A DNA stretch of 64,000 bases, from NCBI GenBank assembly GCA_040755995.1, contig JBFMAF010000024.1, positions 309,940-373,939 on the forward strand, given 5' to 3'. The position numbers and the translations under genes were made by a program. The notes beneath the pieces were generated by a model that saw nothing but the letters and a program-made list of their open reading frames with translations, was not told the origin of the DNA and ran no database searches. This stretch comes from Acidobacteriota bacterium. Its GTDB lineage: Bacteria > Acidobacteriota > CAIWXX01. Numbering within the stretch: position 1 is the stretch's first letter; each line of letters starts with the position of its first letter. Shown here piece after piece: positions 27,159-37,640 of this stretch.

Positions 27159-28406
27159 CTATTGACCGAACTTCGCGATGAGCTCTTTCTTGCCTTTTCC
27201 GAGGATGTCGTACTTCTTTCCGACCTTCACAAAGGCCTCGATGGCCGCATCGAGATGGCGTTTCTCGTGGGCCGCTGAGAGCTGCGTGCGTATTCGCGCC
27301 TGCCCTTTGGGGACGACCGGGAAGAAGAACCCGACTGCGTAGATGCCCTCGCTGAAAAGATCCCGCGCGACGTCCTGGGCCAGCTTCGCGTTGTACAACA
27401 TGACCGGCACGATCGGGCTCTCCCCTTCTTTCAGATCAAACCCGGCATCGGTCAGAAGCTTTCTCCAGTAGTTCGTGTTCCACTCCAGCTTGTCGCGCCG
27501 CTCGGTCGTCCGCGAGACGAGGTCCATGACCTTGAGTGCTCCAGCGACGATCACCGGCGCCACCGTGTTGGAGAACAGGTATGGGCGGGCTCTCTGGCGG
27601 CAGAGCTCAACCAGCTCCTTGCGTCCGCTGACGCAGCCGCCGGAGGCTCCGCCGAGCGCCTTGCCAAGAGTCGTCGTGATGACATCTATCTTGCCCACGA
27701 CTCCGCAGTGCTCATGCGTGCCGCGCCCGGTCTTGCCCATGAACCCCGACGCGTGGGAGTCGTCGACGAAGACCATGGCATCGTACTTCTCGGCCAGAGC
27801 GACGATCTCGTCGAGCTTCGCTACGTCGCCGTCCATGGAAAACACTCCGTCGGTGATGATCAACCGGTAGCGCTTATCCTGGTGCTCTTCGAGCTTCTCT
27901 TGAAGATGCACCATGTCGGAATGCTTGTAGCTGTCCTGCATGGCCTTGCACAGTCGCATGCCGTCGATGATCGAGGCGTGCACCAGCCTGTCCGCGATCA
28001 TCACATCCTGATCGCCCAGGATCGCCTCGAACACTCCGGCGTTGGCATCCATGCAGGATGGGAACAGCAGCGTGTCCTCCGTCCCCAGAAACGCGGTCAG
28101 CCTGGCCTCGAGCTGGCGGTGGATGTCCTGCGTGCCGCAGATGAAGCGGACCGACGACATGCCGTAGCCGCGGTAGTCGAGCCCATCATGCGCCGCCTTG
28201 ACCACATCCGGATGACTCGACAGCCCGAGGTAGTTGTTCGCGCACATGTTGATGACCTTCTTGGTCGAGGACCCGACGGGGAACTCGACCTCGATCTCCG
28301 CGCCCTGCGGCGCGTGTATGTAGCGCTCCTCTTTGAAGAGACCGGCGTCCTTCAGTCCCGCCAGTTCGCCCTGATACGTCGTTCGAGCCTTGTCGCTGTA
28401 TGCCAC
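27159..28406 (-). CDS. kbl: Glycine C-acetyltransferase-like alpha-oxoamine synthase (divergent paralog)
   Basis: [52 protein letters not shown]. Confidence 0.88.
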   Translation of the reverse strand: MAYSDKARTTYQGELAGLKDAGLFKEERYIHAPQGAEIEVEFPVGSSTKKVINMCANNYLGLSSHPDVVKAAHDGLDYRGYGMSSVRFICGTQDIHRQLEARLTAFLGTEDTLLFPSCMDANAGVFEAILGDQDVMIADRLVHASIIDGMRLCKAMQDSYKHSDMVHLQEKLEEHQDKRYRLIITDGVFSMDGDVAKLDEIVALAEKYDAMVFVDDSHASGFMGKTGRGTHEHCGVVGKIDVITTTLGKALGGASGGCVSGRKELVELCRQRARPYLFSNTVAPVIVAGALKVMDLVSRTTERRDKLEWNTNYWRKLLTDAGFDLKEGESPIVPVMLYNAKLAQDVARDLFSEGIYAVGFFFPVVPKGQARIRTQLSAAHEKRHLDAAIEAFVKVGKKYDILGKGKKELIAKFGQ

Positions 28407-28456
28407 GATGACCTCCTGTTTGTGGCGCCGTTTCCGGCGTGCCTGCGCCTGGGCCT

Positions 28457-28708
28457 CTAGGCCTTCCGGGATCGTTCGACCAGGGCCACGATGCGGTTCA
28501 CGGAGTCAAACGCCTCCGGCGTCGCGTCGGCATCCGGTATCTGGACGCCGCACTTCTTCTCGAGGAATCGCTTGAGGGACACCATCGAGAACGAATCGAC
28601 GATGCCGCCCGAGATCAGCGGGGTGTCCTCGGTGATCTCTCGATCGTCATCTTCCTCCAGGTACTCCCGCTTCACATAGTCCAGAACCATCTGCTTGATG
28701 TTCTCCAT
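28457..28708 (-). CDS. Acyl carrier protein
   Basis: 83 aa, acidic; LISGGIVDSFSM phosphopantetheine serine motif; GGAGG RBS. Confidence 0.9.
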   Translation of the reverse strand: MENIKQMVLDYVKREYLEEDDDREITEDTPLISGGIVDSFSMVSLKRFLEKKCGVQIPDADATPEAFDSVNRIVALVERSRKA

Positions 28709-28768
28709 CTGTGCTCCTCCTTGCTTCCCTCCCGACAGGGAGCTTCATGAATCCGTCCCTCAACAGGC

Positions 28769-30469
28769 TTAGTCGTTCTCCAAAGTCGACGTGTCCCCGA
28801 TGGGTTCGCCCCACTCCTTCGCGCGCAGCATGCGCCGCATGATCTTGCCGCTCCGAGTCTTCGGCAGAGACGCCACGAACTCGATCTCCTGCGGCATCGC
28901 CAGCGGCGACAGCTTCTTCCGGATGAAGTTCATGATATCGAGCTCGAGATCGTCGTTCGGCTGATTGCCGGGCTTCAGAGCCACGAATGCCTTGACCACC
29001 TCCATGTTCACCGCGTCGGGCTTCCCGACGGCGGCCGATTCGGCCACGGCGGGATGCTCCAGCAGCGCCGACTCGATCTCGAACGGCCCAACCAGGTGCC
29101 CCCCCGTGTTGATGACATCGTCGTCACGGCCGACGAACCAGAAGTAGCCGTCGGCGTCAATGCTGGCTCTGTCTCCCGTGAGATACCATCCGTTCTTGAA
29201 CTTGCCGTCATACACCTGCTGGTTGTTCCAATACGTCCGGAACATGGATGGCCAACCCGGCCGCAGGCCGATCAGGCCTACGGTGCCCGCCTTGGCGACG
29301 GGCTCGAACGTCCTCGGATCCAGCACGGTCGCCGTGATGCCCGGGAAGGGCTTGCCCATCGAGCCCGCCTTGATCGGCATCCCCGGCACGTTGGTGATCA
29401 CGATGCTGCCGGTCTCAGTCTGCCAGTAGGTGTCGTGGAACGGAAGCCCGTAGGCCTCTCTGGACCAGTGTACGGCCTCGGCATTCAGCGGTTCTCCCAC
29501 GCAGCAGAGATGGCGGAGCGACGAGAGATCGAACCTCTTCGCGAGCTCCACACCCTCCTTCATCAGAAGCCGTATGGCCGTCGGAGCGCTGTACCAGACG
29601 GTCACCCTGTATTTCTCCAGGAACTTGTACCAACGTTCGGCATTGAATCCGGCATCCAGCACCGCCTGTGTTGCGCCGTTGGCCCACGGACCGATGATAC
29701 CGTAAGACGTGCCGGTCACCCATCCCGGGTCCGCGTTGCACCAGTAAATGTCGGCCGGCTGAATGTCCAGCACCCACTTGGTCGTCAGGTATTGCGAGAT
29801 CAGTGAGTAGTGCACGTGCAGCGCGCCCTTCGGCTGCCCGGTGGTGCCGGAGGTGTAGTGCAACACCGACGGCGTCTCGGCCGTCGACGGATATGCCTCG
29901 AAACTCTCCACACGCGGCGCCTTCTCCATGTCAAACGCGACCTCGCGTTCCTTAAGCGGCGCGCCTTCGGCGTCAACCACGACGATGTGCCGGAGCGCCG
30001 GCAGCTGCTCCCGTATCCTCCGCACCTTCGAGACGTGCTTCCTCTGCGTGAGAATCACCGAGGTCTTCGCACTGTCCAGGCGCGTGAAGAGGGACTCCTC
30101 GCCGAACGCGGAGAACAGAGGCTGCGCAATGCCGCCCATCTTCAGTACGCCCAGGAACGAGAAATACAGCTCCGGTATACGCTCCATGAAGATGCAGATC
30201 CGCTCCCCGGGACGAATCCCCATGCCGACCAGGTAATGCGCAATCGTATTCGTCAGGACGCGCATGTCGTCAAACGTGTAGGTCTTCGCCTTGCCGAAGA
30301 AATCCTCCCAGAGCAGCGCGATCTTGGAGCCGTTTCCCTGCTCGCAGATCCTGTCGCTGCAGTACCAGCCGATATTGATCTTGGCGTCCTTGCAGTAGCC
30401 GAGCTCCCGTTCCGAGAATGACCAATCAAAACCCCTTAACCGTTCTTCGCGCGATTCGATGTTGCTCAT
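28769..30469 (-). CDS. acsA: Acetate--CoA ligase (AcsA-type adenylate-forming enzyme)
   Basis: YTSGTTGQPKG, ADPGWVTG, VGEPLN, YWQTETG, GRDDD, LPKTRSGKIMRR. Confidence 0.92.
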   Translation of the reverse strand: MSNIESREERLRGFDWSFSERELGYCKDAKINIGWYCSDRICEQGNGSKIALLWEDFFGKAKTYTFDDMRVLTNTIAHYLVGMGIRPGERICIFMERIPELYFSFLGVLKMGGIAQPLFSAFGEESLFTRLDSAKTSVILTQRKHVSKVRRIREQLPALRHIVVVDAEGAPLKEREVAFDMEKAPRVESFEAYPSTAETPSVLHYTSGTTGQPKGALHVHYSLISQYLTTKWVLDIQPADIYWCNADPGWVTGTSYGIIGPWANGATQAVLDAGFNAERWYKFLEKYRVTVWYSAPTAIRLLMKEGVELAKRFDLSSLRHLCCVGEPLNAEAVHWSREAYGLPFHDTYWQTETGSIVITNVPGMPIKAGSMGKPFPGITATVLDPRTFEPVAKAGTVGLIGLRPGWPSMFRTYWNNQQVYDGKFKNGWYLTGDRASIDADGYFWFVGRDDDVINTGGHLVGPFEIESALLEHPAVAESAAVGKPDAVNMEVVKAFVALKPGNQPNDDLELDIMNFIRKKLSPLAMPQEIEFVASLPKTRSGKIMRRMLRAKEWGEPIGDTSTLEND

Positions 30470-30739
30470 CCGGTGATCTCCTTACTTGCCTTGCGAGCGC
30501 CTCAGCATGTACGACTCTCCGTGCCGCCACGCATCAGCCTGCCCTCGGGCACCGATATCGGTGACCCGGCAGATGCCAGCAAGCCTTCCAGCGGATCGGC
30601 TCGTCTGCCGCGAAGCAGCAAACCAGCCATCGCCGGTCTCCAGTTCACCGGCGCAGTATCGCATTGGAGATGCAGGCTGTCAAACCGTGGCAGCGGCTCC
30701 GGCTCCGACGTACCCGCGGGAGGCCTCGCCCCGCCACCC

Positions 30740-31945
30740 TCAGCCCTTGACCACGCCGTAGGCCCGGCCGACCTTTGCGAACGCCTCGATCGCGCGATCG
30801 AGCTGCTCGCGAGTATGCCCGGCCGATAGCTGGACCCGTATTCTCGCCTGGCCCTTCGGGACCACCGGGTAGCTGAATCCCACCACATAGATCCCCTCCG
30901 CCAGAAGATCGCGGGCGATGTCCTGGGCGAGGCGCGCGTCGCCGAGCATGATCGGCACGATCGGATGCACGCCCTGCATGATTTGGAATCCGGCCGCCGC
31001 CATGCGCTCGCGGAAGTACTTCGTGTTCGTCATGAGACGGTCGCGGAGGTGCGTGGAGTGGGAGAGGAGATCGAGAACGGCGAGGGAGGCTCCGACGATG
31101 ACCGGCGACAGCGTATTGGAGAAGAGGTATGGCCGCGATCGTTGTCGCAGCAGCTCGATGAGGGGCTGGCGCCCCGAGGTGAAGCCGCCCGCCCCGCCTC
31201 CGAGCGCTTTCCCCAGTGTCGAGGTGATCAGATCCACGCGGCCCATCACGCCGCAGTGCTCGGGCGTGCCGCGGCCGGTTCGACCCATGAAGCCAGTTGC
31301 ATGCGAATCGTCGACCATGACGATGGCTTCGTATTCCTCGGCCAGGTCGCAGATCCGGTCTAGCCTGGCGATGAAGCCGTCCATCGAAAAGACCCCGTCG
31401 GTGGCGATCAGCCGTATGCGGCGGTTCTGGGTCGCCTGCAGAAGCTGCTCGAGCTCCTCCATGTCCCCGTTCGCGTATCGGTGTCGTTCGGCCTTGCACA
31501 GGCGGATTCCGTCGATGATCGAAGCATGGTTGAGCGCATCCGATATGATCGCATCCTCGCCGCCCAGCAGAGCCTCGAACAGCCCGCCGTTGGCGTCGAA
31601 GCAGGACGAATAGAGGATCGTGTCATCCGTGCCGAGAAACATCGAGATGCGTTGTTCCAGCTGCCTGTGGATGTCCTGAGTGCCGCAGATGAAGCGAACC
31701 GACGAGAGCCCGAATCCGCGGCTGTCCAGGGCAGCCTGAGCCGCGCGGACGATGTCCGGATGAGACGAGAGGCCGAGGTAGTTGTTCGCGCACAGATTGA
31801 TGACCGTGTCGGCCGCCTCGCCGTGCTGCACTCGTATCTCTGCCCCTTGTGGAGAGACAATGGTACGCTCCGTCTTGCGCAACCCCGATTCCTGGATCTC
31901 CTTCAGGGCCGTGCCATAGATCCCCCGGGTCCGCCTGTTCAGCAT
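30740..31945 (-). CDS. kbl: Glycine C-acetyltransferase (2-amino-3-ketobutyrate CoA ligase), canonical-looking
   Basis: [59 protein letters not shown] before MLNRR. Confidence 0.93.
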   Translation of the reverse strand: MLNRRTRGIYGTALKEIQESGLRKTERTIVSPQGAEIRVQHGEAADTVINLCANNYLGLSSHPDIVRAAQAALDSRGFGLSSVRFICGTQDIHRQLEQRISMFLGTDDTILYSSCFDANGGLFEALLGGEDAIISDALNHASIIDGIRLCKAERHRYANGDMEELEQLLQATQNRRIRLIATDGVFSMDGFIARLDRICDLAEEYEAIVMVDDSHATGFMGRTGRGTPEHCGVMGRVDLITSTLGKALGGGAGGFTSGRQPLIELLRQRSRPYLFSNTLSPVIVGASLAVLDLLSHSTHLRDRLMTNTKYFRERMAAAGFQIMQGVHPIVPIMLGDARLAQDIARDLLAEGIYVVGFSYPVVPKGQARIRVQLSAGHTREQLDRAIEAFAKVGRAYGVVKG

Positions 31946-32108
31946 CCTGGCCTCCTCACGCGCGTCGTTCTGCCCCGGCATTCGTAGCCGCGACTGTGCA
32001 CCAGCAAGTCAGGCTCATTCTAGCACAGGGCGGGGCCGCACTGGCTGCGTTGGCGCGCGTCTGTTATTGCAGACGGCCGATCGATTCCGCTAGAATCGAG
32101 CAACTACG

Positions 32109-32528
32109 ATGGGACACGTTGTTCGCTTCGGAATCGCCATGGATTCCGATCTCCTGGCCACCTTCGACGCGGCCATCGCGCGGCGCGGGTACGGGAATCG
32201 GTCGGAGGCGATCCGAGACCTCGTGCGGGACAGTCTCGTCGCTGCGGGCTGGTCCGGTGGACGCCGGAAGTCAGTCGGTGTGATCACGCTGGTCTACGAG
32301 CACGAGACCCGAGACCTGGACCGCGTGCTCACGGCCCTACAGCATCGCAACTATCGTGCGATCACCTCCGCGCTTCACGTCCATCTCGACCGGCACCATT
32401 GCCTGGAGGTGCTGGTGGTGCGCGCGAGCGCGGCGCGCATCAAGAAGATCGCCGATCTCTTGATCTCCACCAAAGGGGTCAAACACGGTACGCTGTCGGC
32501 GACGACAACCGGAGAGGGTATCCCTTAG
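32109..32528 (+). CDS. nikR: Nickel-responsive ribbon-helix-helix regulator
   Basis: VRFGIAM..GYGNRSEAIRDLVR; HVHLDRHHCLEV; KGVKHG. Confidence 0.95.
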   Translation: MGHVVRFGIAMDSDLLATFDAAIARRGYGNRSEAIRDLVRDSLVAAGWSGGRRKSVGVITLVYEHETRDLDRVLTALQHRNYRAITSALHVHLDRHHCLEVLVVRASAARIKKIADLLISTKGVKHGTLSATTTGEGIP

Positions 32529-32575
32529 CGTGACCGATTCGGGCCCCGGCTCGCCGGCTCTCGGGAAGGACCGCC

Positions 32576-32878
32576 TCAGGGCTGAACGGCTTCGAGCTGT
32601 TTCAGGAACTGGTCGTACTGCAGGGCCTGCCAGCTCTCGGCGCTCAGAGCACCTTCGATCCTCGATATGATCGACACCTTGTGAGCCGTCTCCACGTCTG
32701 GTGCTTCGTAGATGTCCATGAAGTCGTAGGGGCCGAGGATCGCATAGTGCGCCAGCCACTTGACATCCGGGCAGCACGTTTTCACCTTAGTGAGCCAGTC
32801 CTTGCCCATCGCACGACGCGCCTTGGCATCGTGCAGAGCGGCAGGCGCAAGCCGAGTCATGAGTACGAATGTCGGCAT
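32576..32878 (-). CDS. GYD-domain protein
   Basis: GGAGG RBS; MPTFVLMT..HYAILGPYDF..EAPD. Confidence 0.85.
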   Translation of the reverse strand: MPTFVLMTRLAPAALHDAKARRAMGKDWLTKVKTCCPDVKWLAHYAILGPYDFMDIYEAPDVETAHKVSIISRIEGALSAESWQALQYDQFLKQLEAVQP

Positions 32879-33115
32879 GACCAAACCTCCTCTTCTTGAG
32901 ACCGAGTCGTTCCCAGAGATCGTGGGGTTCACAGCTCATTTTCATAGGTTACAGGGGAACTGTCAAGGACAAAGGCTGGTCCGCCAGTTCGGGCGCGCTA
33001 CCACTGCACGTTCAGCACGCCGGTGAGGCGATCAGCCGGCCCTGCGTGGCAGAGTCTGCTTGTTCGTGGTAGACTCCCGTGCACATGAAGAACACGCGAG
33101 AGTAAGGCGGCGATG

Positions 33116-33197
33116 GCAATGTGGAATGCGGAATGCGTAGTATGCCATCGGACCTGCAGTGCCTGACAGTCCGATGTCGAATGCGGAGTGCGGAATC
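33116..33197. repeat. Degenerate heptamer array (GGAATGC) interrupted by a small hairpin
   Basis: gcaatgt ggaatgc ggaatgc ... catcggac-N15-gtccgatg ... cgaatgc ggagtgc ggaatc. Confidence 0.7.
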
Positions 33198-33290
33198 TGC
33201 CGTGCGGACACTCACGGTGCCAGACCACTGCATGCCGGAGGACGGTGGCGGGGCTCGCGGCAGGCAGGACGACGAGGAGCGGGAGGTAAT

Positions 33291-34262
33291 ATGCGAAGAG
33301 TGGCCCTTATTCCATTGTTGATCATTCTCGCGACTGCTGCGTGCGGCAACGACCGTGATAAGGGGCTGATCGTCGCGTCGGGGCACGTCGAAGCAACTGA
33401 CGTGCGGATATCGACGAAGGTCGTAGGCACGGTGGAGTGGTTTCCAGTCGAGGAAGGGGACAACGTGTCGGCAGGCCAGGAGCTCGCGCGGCTGGACACG
33501 GTAGACGCGCGGCTGGCGCTGGATGTCGCACGGGCCGAGCGGAACCAGGCCGAAGCGGATCTGCGAATGAAGGTTACGGGCGAGCGCGAGGAGGACATCA
33601 AGGAGGCGGCGGCGATGGTCGCTCGCGCCGAGGCCGATCTGGACGGCGCACAGAAGGACCTGGACCGCATGGAGGGGCTTCTCGACTCCGGCTCCGGCAC
33701 CCAGAAGTCCCGCGACGACGCACGGACCCGCCGTGACATCGCCGCGTCGGCTCTCGAAGCAGCCCGCGAACGATTGAGGAAGTTGAAGAGCGGAAGCCGG
33801 CCGGAGATCATCGATGCGGCACGGGCGCGGTTGAGCGCCGCGGAGGCCCGCATCGCACAGCTCGAACAGCAGATCAAGGACGCCGCCATCCGGTGCCCCG
33901 TCAACGGGGTGGTCACGGAGAAGCTGGTGGAGCAGGGCGAGCTGCTGTCGCCGGGTACAGCTATGGTGGTGGTCACCAATCTCACGGAGCCGTGGCTGAC
34001 GGTCTACATCAGCGAGACGGACCTGGGTCGAGTGCGGATCGGGCAGGATGTAGACGTAGTGACCGACGACGGTCAGGCTCGCAAGGGGCGAGTGACCTAC
34101 ATCGCGTCGAAGGCCGAGTTCACTCCGAAGAACGTCCAGACCCGCGATGAGCGCGTCAAGCTCGTATACAAGCTCAAAATCGGCATCGAGAACGCCGACG
34201 GTCTCTTCAAGCCCGGCATGCCTGCCGAGGCGCGGATGAGTGCAGTCGTGGCGGACCGATGA
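33291..34262 (+). CDS. HlyD/YbhG-type membrane fusion protein (lipoprotein signal)
   Basis: GGAGGT RBS; TAAC lipobox; SGHVEAT; coiled coil; AEFTPKNVQT..ER. Confidence 0.92.
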   Translation: MRRVALIPLLIILATAACGNDRDKGLIVASGHVEATDVRISTKVVGTVEWFPVEEGDNVSAGQELARLDTVDARLALDVARAERNQAEADLRMKVTGEREEDIKEAAAMVARAEADLDGAQKDLDRMEGLLDSGSGTQKSRDDARTRRDIAASALEAARERLRKLKSGSRPEIIDAARARLSAAEARIAQLEQQIKDAAIRCPVNGVVTEKLVEQGELLSPGTAMVVVTNLTEPWLTVYISETDLGRVRIGQDVDVVTDDGQARKGRVTYIASKAEFTPKNVQTRDERVKLVYKLKIGIENADGLFKPGMPAEARMSAVVADR

Positions 34263-35233
34263 CCGGAAACCCGATGGTCGTCCTCGACGGCGTAGCGAAG
34301 AGCTACGCCGGCACGGCGGCCGTCCGCTCGGTCAGCTTCACGGTACACCCACGAGAAATGCTCGGCTTGATCGGGCCGGACGGTGCGGGCAAGACCACGA
34401 CACTCCGGATGGTCCTCGGATTGCTCCGGCCCGATGCCGGCACCGTCCGGACGTGCGGGCTGGATCCGGCCCGCCAGCCCCGAGCGCTTTCGAAGAGAGT
34501 CGGTTACCTGTCTCAAAGGTTCTCGCTGTACGGCGATCTCTCGGTCGACGAGAACATCGCCTTCTTCGCGGAGATACACGGCGTGGGCGGGTGGAAGCCG
34601 CGGCGCGACGAGCTGCTCGATTTGGTCCGCATGACGCCTTTCCGTACCCGCCTGGCTGAGCGGCTTTCGGGCGGAATGAAGCAGAAGCTGGCTCTTGCCT
34701 GCACACTGGTCCACACGCCGGAGCTGCTCGTTCTGGACGAGCCCACCACGGGCGTAGACCCGGTATCGAGGCGTGATTTCTGGAAGCTCCTCTCGCGACT
34801 CCAGCAGGATGGCCTGACCATACTCATGACAACCCCTTACCTCGACGAAGCCGAACGGTGCCAACGCGTGGCTCTGATCGATCGTGGCCGCGTGCTCGTG
34901 GTGGATGCACCTGGGACGCTGCGAGATCAGGCCGCCGGCGCGATGATCGAGCTGCTGGCCCGGCCGAAGCGCCGGGCGCTGGAGATCCTGCGGGCCGTAC
35001 CTGACGTGGCAGACATTCAGGCCTTTGGCGAACGGCTTCACGTCGCGCTGGCCCCGCGGCCGGCCGGTGAGACCGCCCATATCGCCGCATCGGGTCTGGC
35101 CGATCGGTTGCGGTCAGAAGGTGTTGAAGTGGAGCTGGCGCGGGCGGTCCCCCATTCACTCGAAGACATATTCATCGCGCGGGTGCGCGCGGCCGAACCG
35201 GCTGCGGCCCCGCCGGAGGAGATCACGCGATGA
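34259..35233 (+). CDS. ABC transporter ATP-binding protein (YbhF N-half-like)
   Basis: GPDGAGKTT, LSGGMKQK, LDEPTTGVDP. Confidence 0.93.
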   Translation: MTGNPMVVLDGVAKSYAGTAAVRSVSFTVHPREMLGLIGPDGAGKTTTLRMVLGLLRPDAGTVRTCGLDPARQPRALSKRVGYLSQRFSLYGDLSVDENIAFFAEIHGVGGWKPRRDELLDLVRMTPFRTRLAERLSGGMKQKLALACTLVHTPELLVLDEPTTGVDPVSRRDFWKLLSRLQQDGLTILMTTPYLDEAERCQRVALIDRGRVLVVDAPGTLRDQAAGAMIELLARPKRRALEILRAVPDVADIQAFGERLHVALAPRPAGETAHIAASGLADRLRSEGVEVELARAVPHSLEDIFIARVRAAEPAAAPPEEITR

Positions 35234-36576
35234 TTGCTCAAGCCTTCTTTCTCCTGTCGCTGGCGGTGCCGGCCTCCTCGCACGCTTCGGCGCAGACGCA
35301 GCCTGCGGCCGCGCAGCCGGGCCCTGCTGAGCTGCGACTGACGCTGGCGGAGGCTCTCGCTATGGCCAGGGACGCCTCGCCTCGGCTGGCGCAACTGCAG
35401 GCGCTGTACTCAGCCTCGGATGCCGGCGTACACAGGGCCGGTGCCAACCGGCTCCCGCAGGTGGATCTGAGCGCTGGCTACACACGGTACTCGCACGTTC
35501 CCGAGTTCTCGGTTCCGATCCCCGGGCGGGGCACGCAGACGATCTTCCCGGACCTGCCCGACAACTACAGAGCGCGCCTCGGCGTCTGGATGCCGCTATA
35601 CACAGGCGGGCGCCTTGCGAGCCTTTCCGACGCGGCGAAGATGGACAGGGAGGCATCCGAGCGAGACGTCGTCACTGGAACGATCGACCTGGTTTATGAA
35701 ACAAACGTCGCCTACTGGTCGCTCGTCACTGCGCGCGAGAGCGAGCGGGTGCTCAACGAAGCGCTAGCCGCCTACGAGTCGCATCTCGAAGACGCGCAGA
35801 ACCGCCAGAGATTCGGCCTGGCCGCAAGCAACGAGGTGCTGGCGGTGCAGGTGGAGCGGGACCAGGCCGAGCTGGCCCGGCTGGACGCCGGCAACGCGGC
35901 CGAGATCGCGAATGCAACCCTGGTGAGGCTTCTGGGTGTGGCGACGGGCACCCGAGTCGATGCTGCAGAGCCTCTCGATCAGCCGCAGGCCGGTCCGATC
36001 GGCCTCGAAGACGCGATTGCCGAAGCGTTGGCCACACGGCCGGAACGAGCCGCGCTGAAGTCGCGCATCGTCGCTGCGGAGGCCATGGTGCGTGTGGAAC
36101 GGTCTGCGCGGCTCCCGCAGGTGAGTGCCGTGGCCGGTTATGACTACGCGAATCCGAACCGCCGCATCATGCCGATGGCGGATGAATGGAAGGCCACCTG
36201 GGACGTGTCGTTCAACGTCGCGCTTTCGGTGTTCGACAGCGGACGCACCAGCGCCTCGATGGACCGCGCATCGGCTCAACTTGAGGCCCTCAAGCAGCAA
36301 CTCGAAGAGCTCGATCGCCGGATCGAGCTGAACGTGACTTCGGCGCTGCTCGACCTCGAGAGCGCGCATGCGGCCTTGGCGGTGGCGGATCGAAACCTCG
36401 ACGCCGCCCGAGAGAACCGGCGTGTCTCGGCCGACCGGTATCGCGAGGGGGTGAGCCCGTCCTCGGAGCTGCTCGACGCAGAGGTGGCGCTGCAGCAGGT
36501 CGGCCTGCAGCGAACCCGCGCGCTGGCGCGGATACGGCAATCCACCGCGGGGTTGGAGCGCGCGATCGGGAGATGA
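35230..36576 (+). CDS. TolC-family outer membrane efflux protein
   Basis: Signal peptide; LTLAEAL; two OEP repeats (RLPQVDLSA / RLPQVSAVA); RYREG..ELLDAE. Confidence 0.9.
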   Translation: MIAQAFFLLSLAVPASSHASAQTQPAAAQPGPAELRLTLAEALAMARDASPRLAQLQALYSASDAGVHRAGANRLPQVDLSAGYTRYSHVPEFSVPIPGRGTQTIFPDLPDNYRARLGVWMPLYTGGRLASLSDAAKMDREASERDVVTGTIDLVYETNVAYWSLVTARESERVLNEALAAYESHLEDAQNRQRFGLAASNEVLAVQVERDQAELARLDAGNAAEIANATLVRLLGVATGTRVDAAEPLDQPQAGPIGLEDAIAEALATRPERAALKSRIVAAEAMVRVERSARLPQVSAVAGYDYANPNRRIMPMADEWKATWDVSFNVALSVFDSGRTSASMDRASAQLEALKQQLEELDRRIELNVTSALLDLESAHAALAVADRNLDAARENRRVSADRYREGVSPSSELLDAEVALQQVGLQRTRALARIRQSTAGLERAIGR

Positions 36577-36579
36577 CAC

Positions 36580-37611
36580 TTGGCCCCGGCAGTCACGATC
36601 AGCAGATTGACGAAGCGTTTCGGAGCGTTCACGGCCGTCGACGATCTATCGCTCACCGTCAGCGAGGGAGAGGTTTTTGGGTTTCTAGGTAGCAACGGGG
36701 CGGGCAAGTCCACCGCCATTCGAATGCTCTGTGGTCTGCTGGCTCCCACCTGGGGCTCCGCCCGCGTGCTGGGCTTCGACATCGTCAGACAATCGGAGGA
36801 CATCAAGCGCAACATCGGTTACATGAGCCAGCGATTCAGCCTCTACGAGGACCTGACCGTGGCGCAGAACTTGAGGTTTTTCGGGGGAGTATATGGGCTG
36901 CGCGGCAGCGCGCTGCAGAGCCGGGTGCGCTGGGCGCTCGAGATGGCCGGACTGGAAGGCAAGGAGGATCTCGTCACGGGCCAGCTCGCCGGAGGCTGGA
37001 AGCAGAGGCTGGCGCTGGCATGTTCGGTGCTTCATCAACCCCGGATCGTCTTTCTGGACGAGCCCACGGGCGGTGTCGACCCGATCTCGCGCCGCTCATT
37101 CTGGAACCTGATCGATGAAATGGCCGGCCGCGGCGTCACCGTGTTCGTAACGACACACTATCTCGACGAGGCCGAGCACTGCGACCGGCTGGCGTTGATG
37201 CACGCGGGAAAGCTGGTCGCGCTGGGTACCGTCGCTGAGCTGAAAGAGGTATTCGCCGAGCGGGCAGTGGTCGAGGTCGGCTGCCCGAGGATCATCGAGG
37301 CGCTCGACGAGCTCGGCAAAGAGAGCTGGGTCCTGGAGGCATCTGTGTTCGGTACGCGGATCCACCTCGTGGTGGACGCCTACGAGGCGGGACGGGCGCG
37401 GGTCCTCGATCTCCTCGCACGAGCAGGCAACGTGCCGGCACAGGTGGAGCGGATTGTGCCGTCGCTCGAGGACGTGTTCATTCACCATATCGAGATGCGC
37501 GGTGACACGGAGAATCGGAGAACCGGGGAATCGGGGAAACGGGGAAACGGAGAATCGGAGAATCGGAGAACCGGAGATGAGCAAGAGGGTGAGGGGGCTC
37601 TGACGCGGTGA
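36580..37611 (+). CDS. ABC transporter ATP-binding protein (YbhF C-half-like); tail encoded by an octamer repeat
   Basis: TTG start; GSNGAGKST, LAGGWKQR, LDEPTGGVDP, TTHYLDEAE. Confidence 0.9.
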   Translation: MAPAVTISRLTKRFGAFTAVDDLSLTVSEGEVFGFLGSNGAGKSTAIRMLCGLLAPTWGSARVLGFDIVRQSEDIKRNIGYMSQRFSLYEDLTVAQNLRFFGGVYGLRGSALQSRVRWALEMAGLEGKEDLVTGQLAGGWKQRLALACSVLHQPRIVFLDEPTGGVDPISRRSFWNLIDEMAGRGVTVFVTTHYLDEAEHCDRLALMHAGKLVALGTVAELKEVFAERAVVEVGCPRIIEALDELGKESWVLEASVFGTRIHLVVDAYEAGRARVLDLLARAGNVPAQVERIVPSLEDVFIHHIEMRGDTENRRTGESGKRGNGESENRRTGDEQEGEGALTR

Positions 37612-37640
37612 CACGGAGACAGCGGGAAACGGAGAGCGGG
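37500..37640. repeat. Degenerate octamer tandem array (CGGAGAAT/CGGGGAAA)
   Basis: cggtgaca cggagaat cggagaac cggggaat cggggaaa cggggaaa cggagaat cggagaat cggagaac; same family as 1083-1210. Confidence 0.9.

Noticed and set aside
30714..30729. REP-like element shared with 55121-55136 (CCGCGGGAGGCCTCGC)
   Set aside because: Only two copies of a 16-nt GC-rich word are present, too few to call a repeat family from this window.
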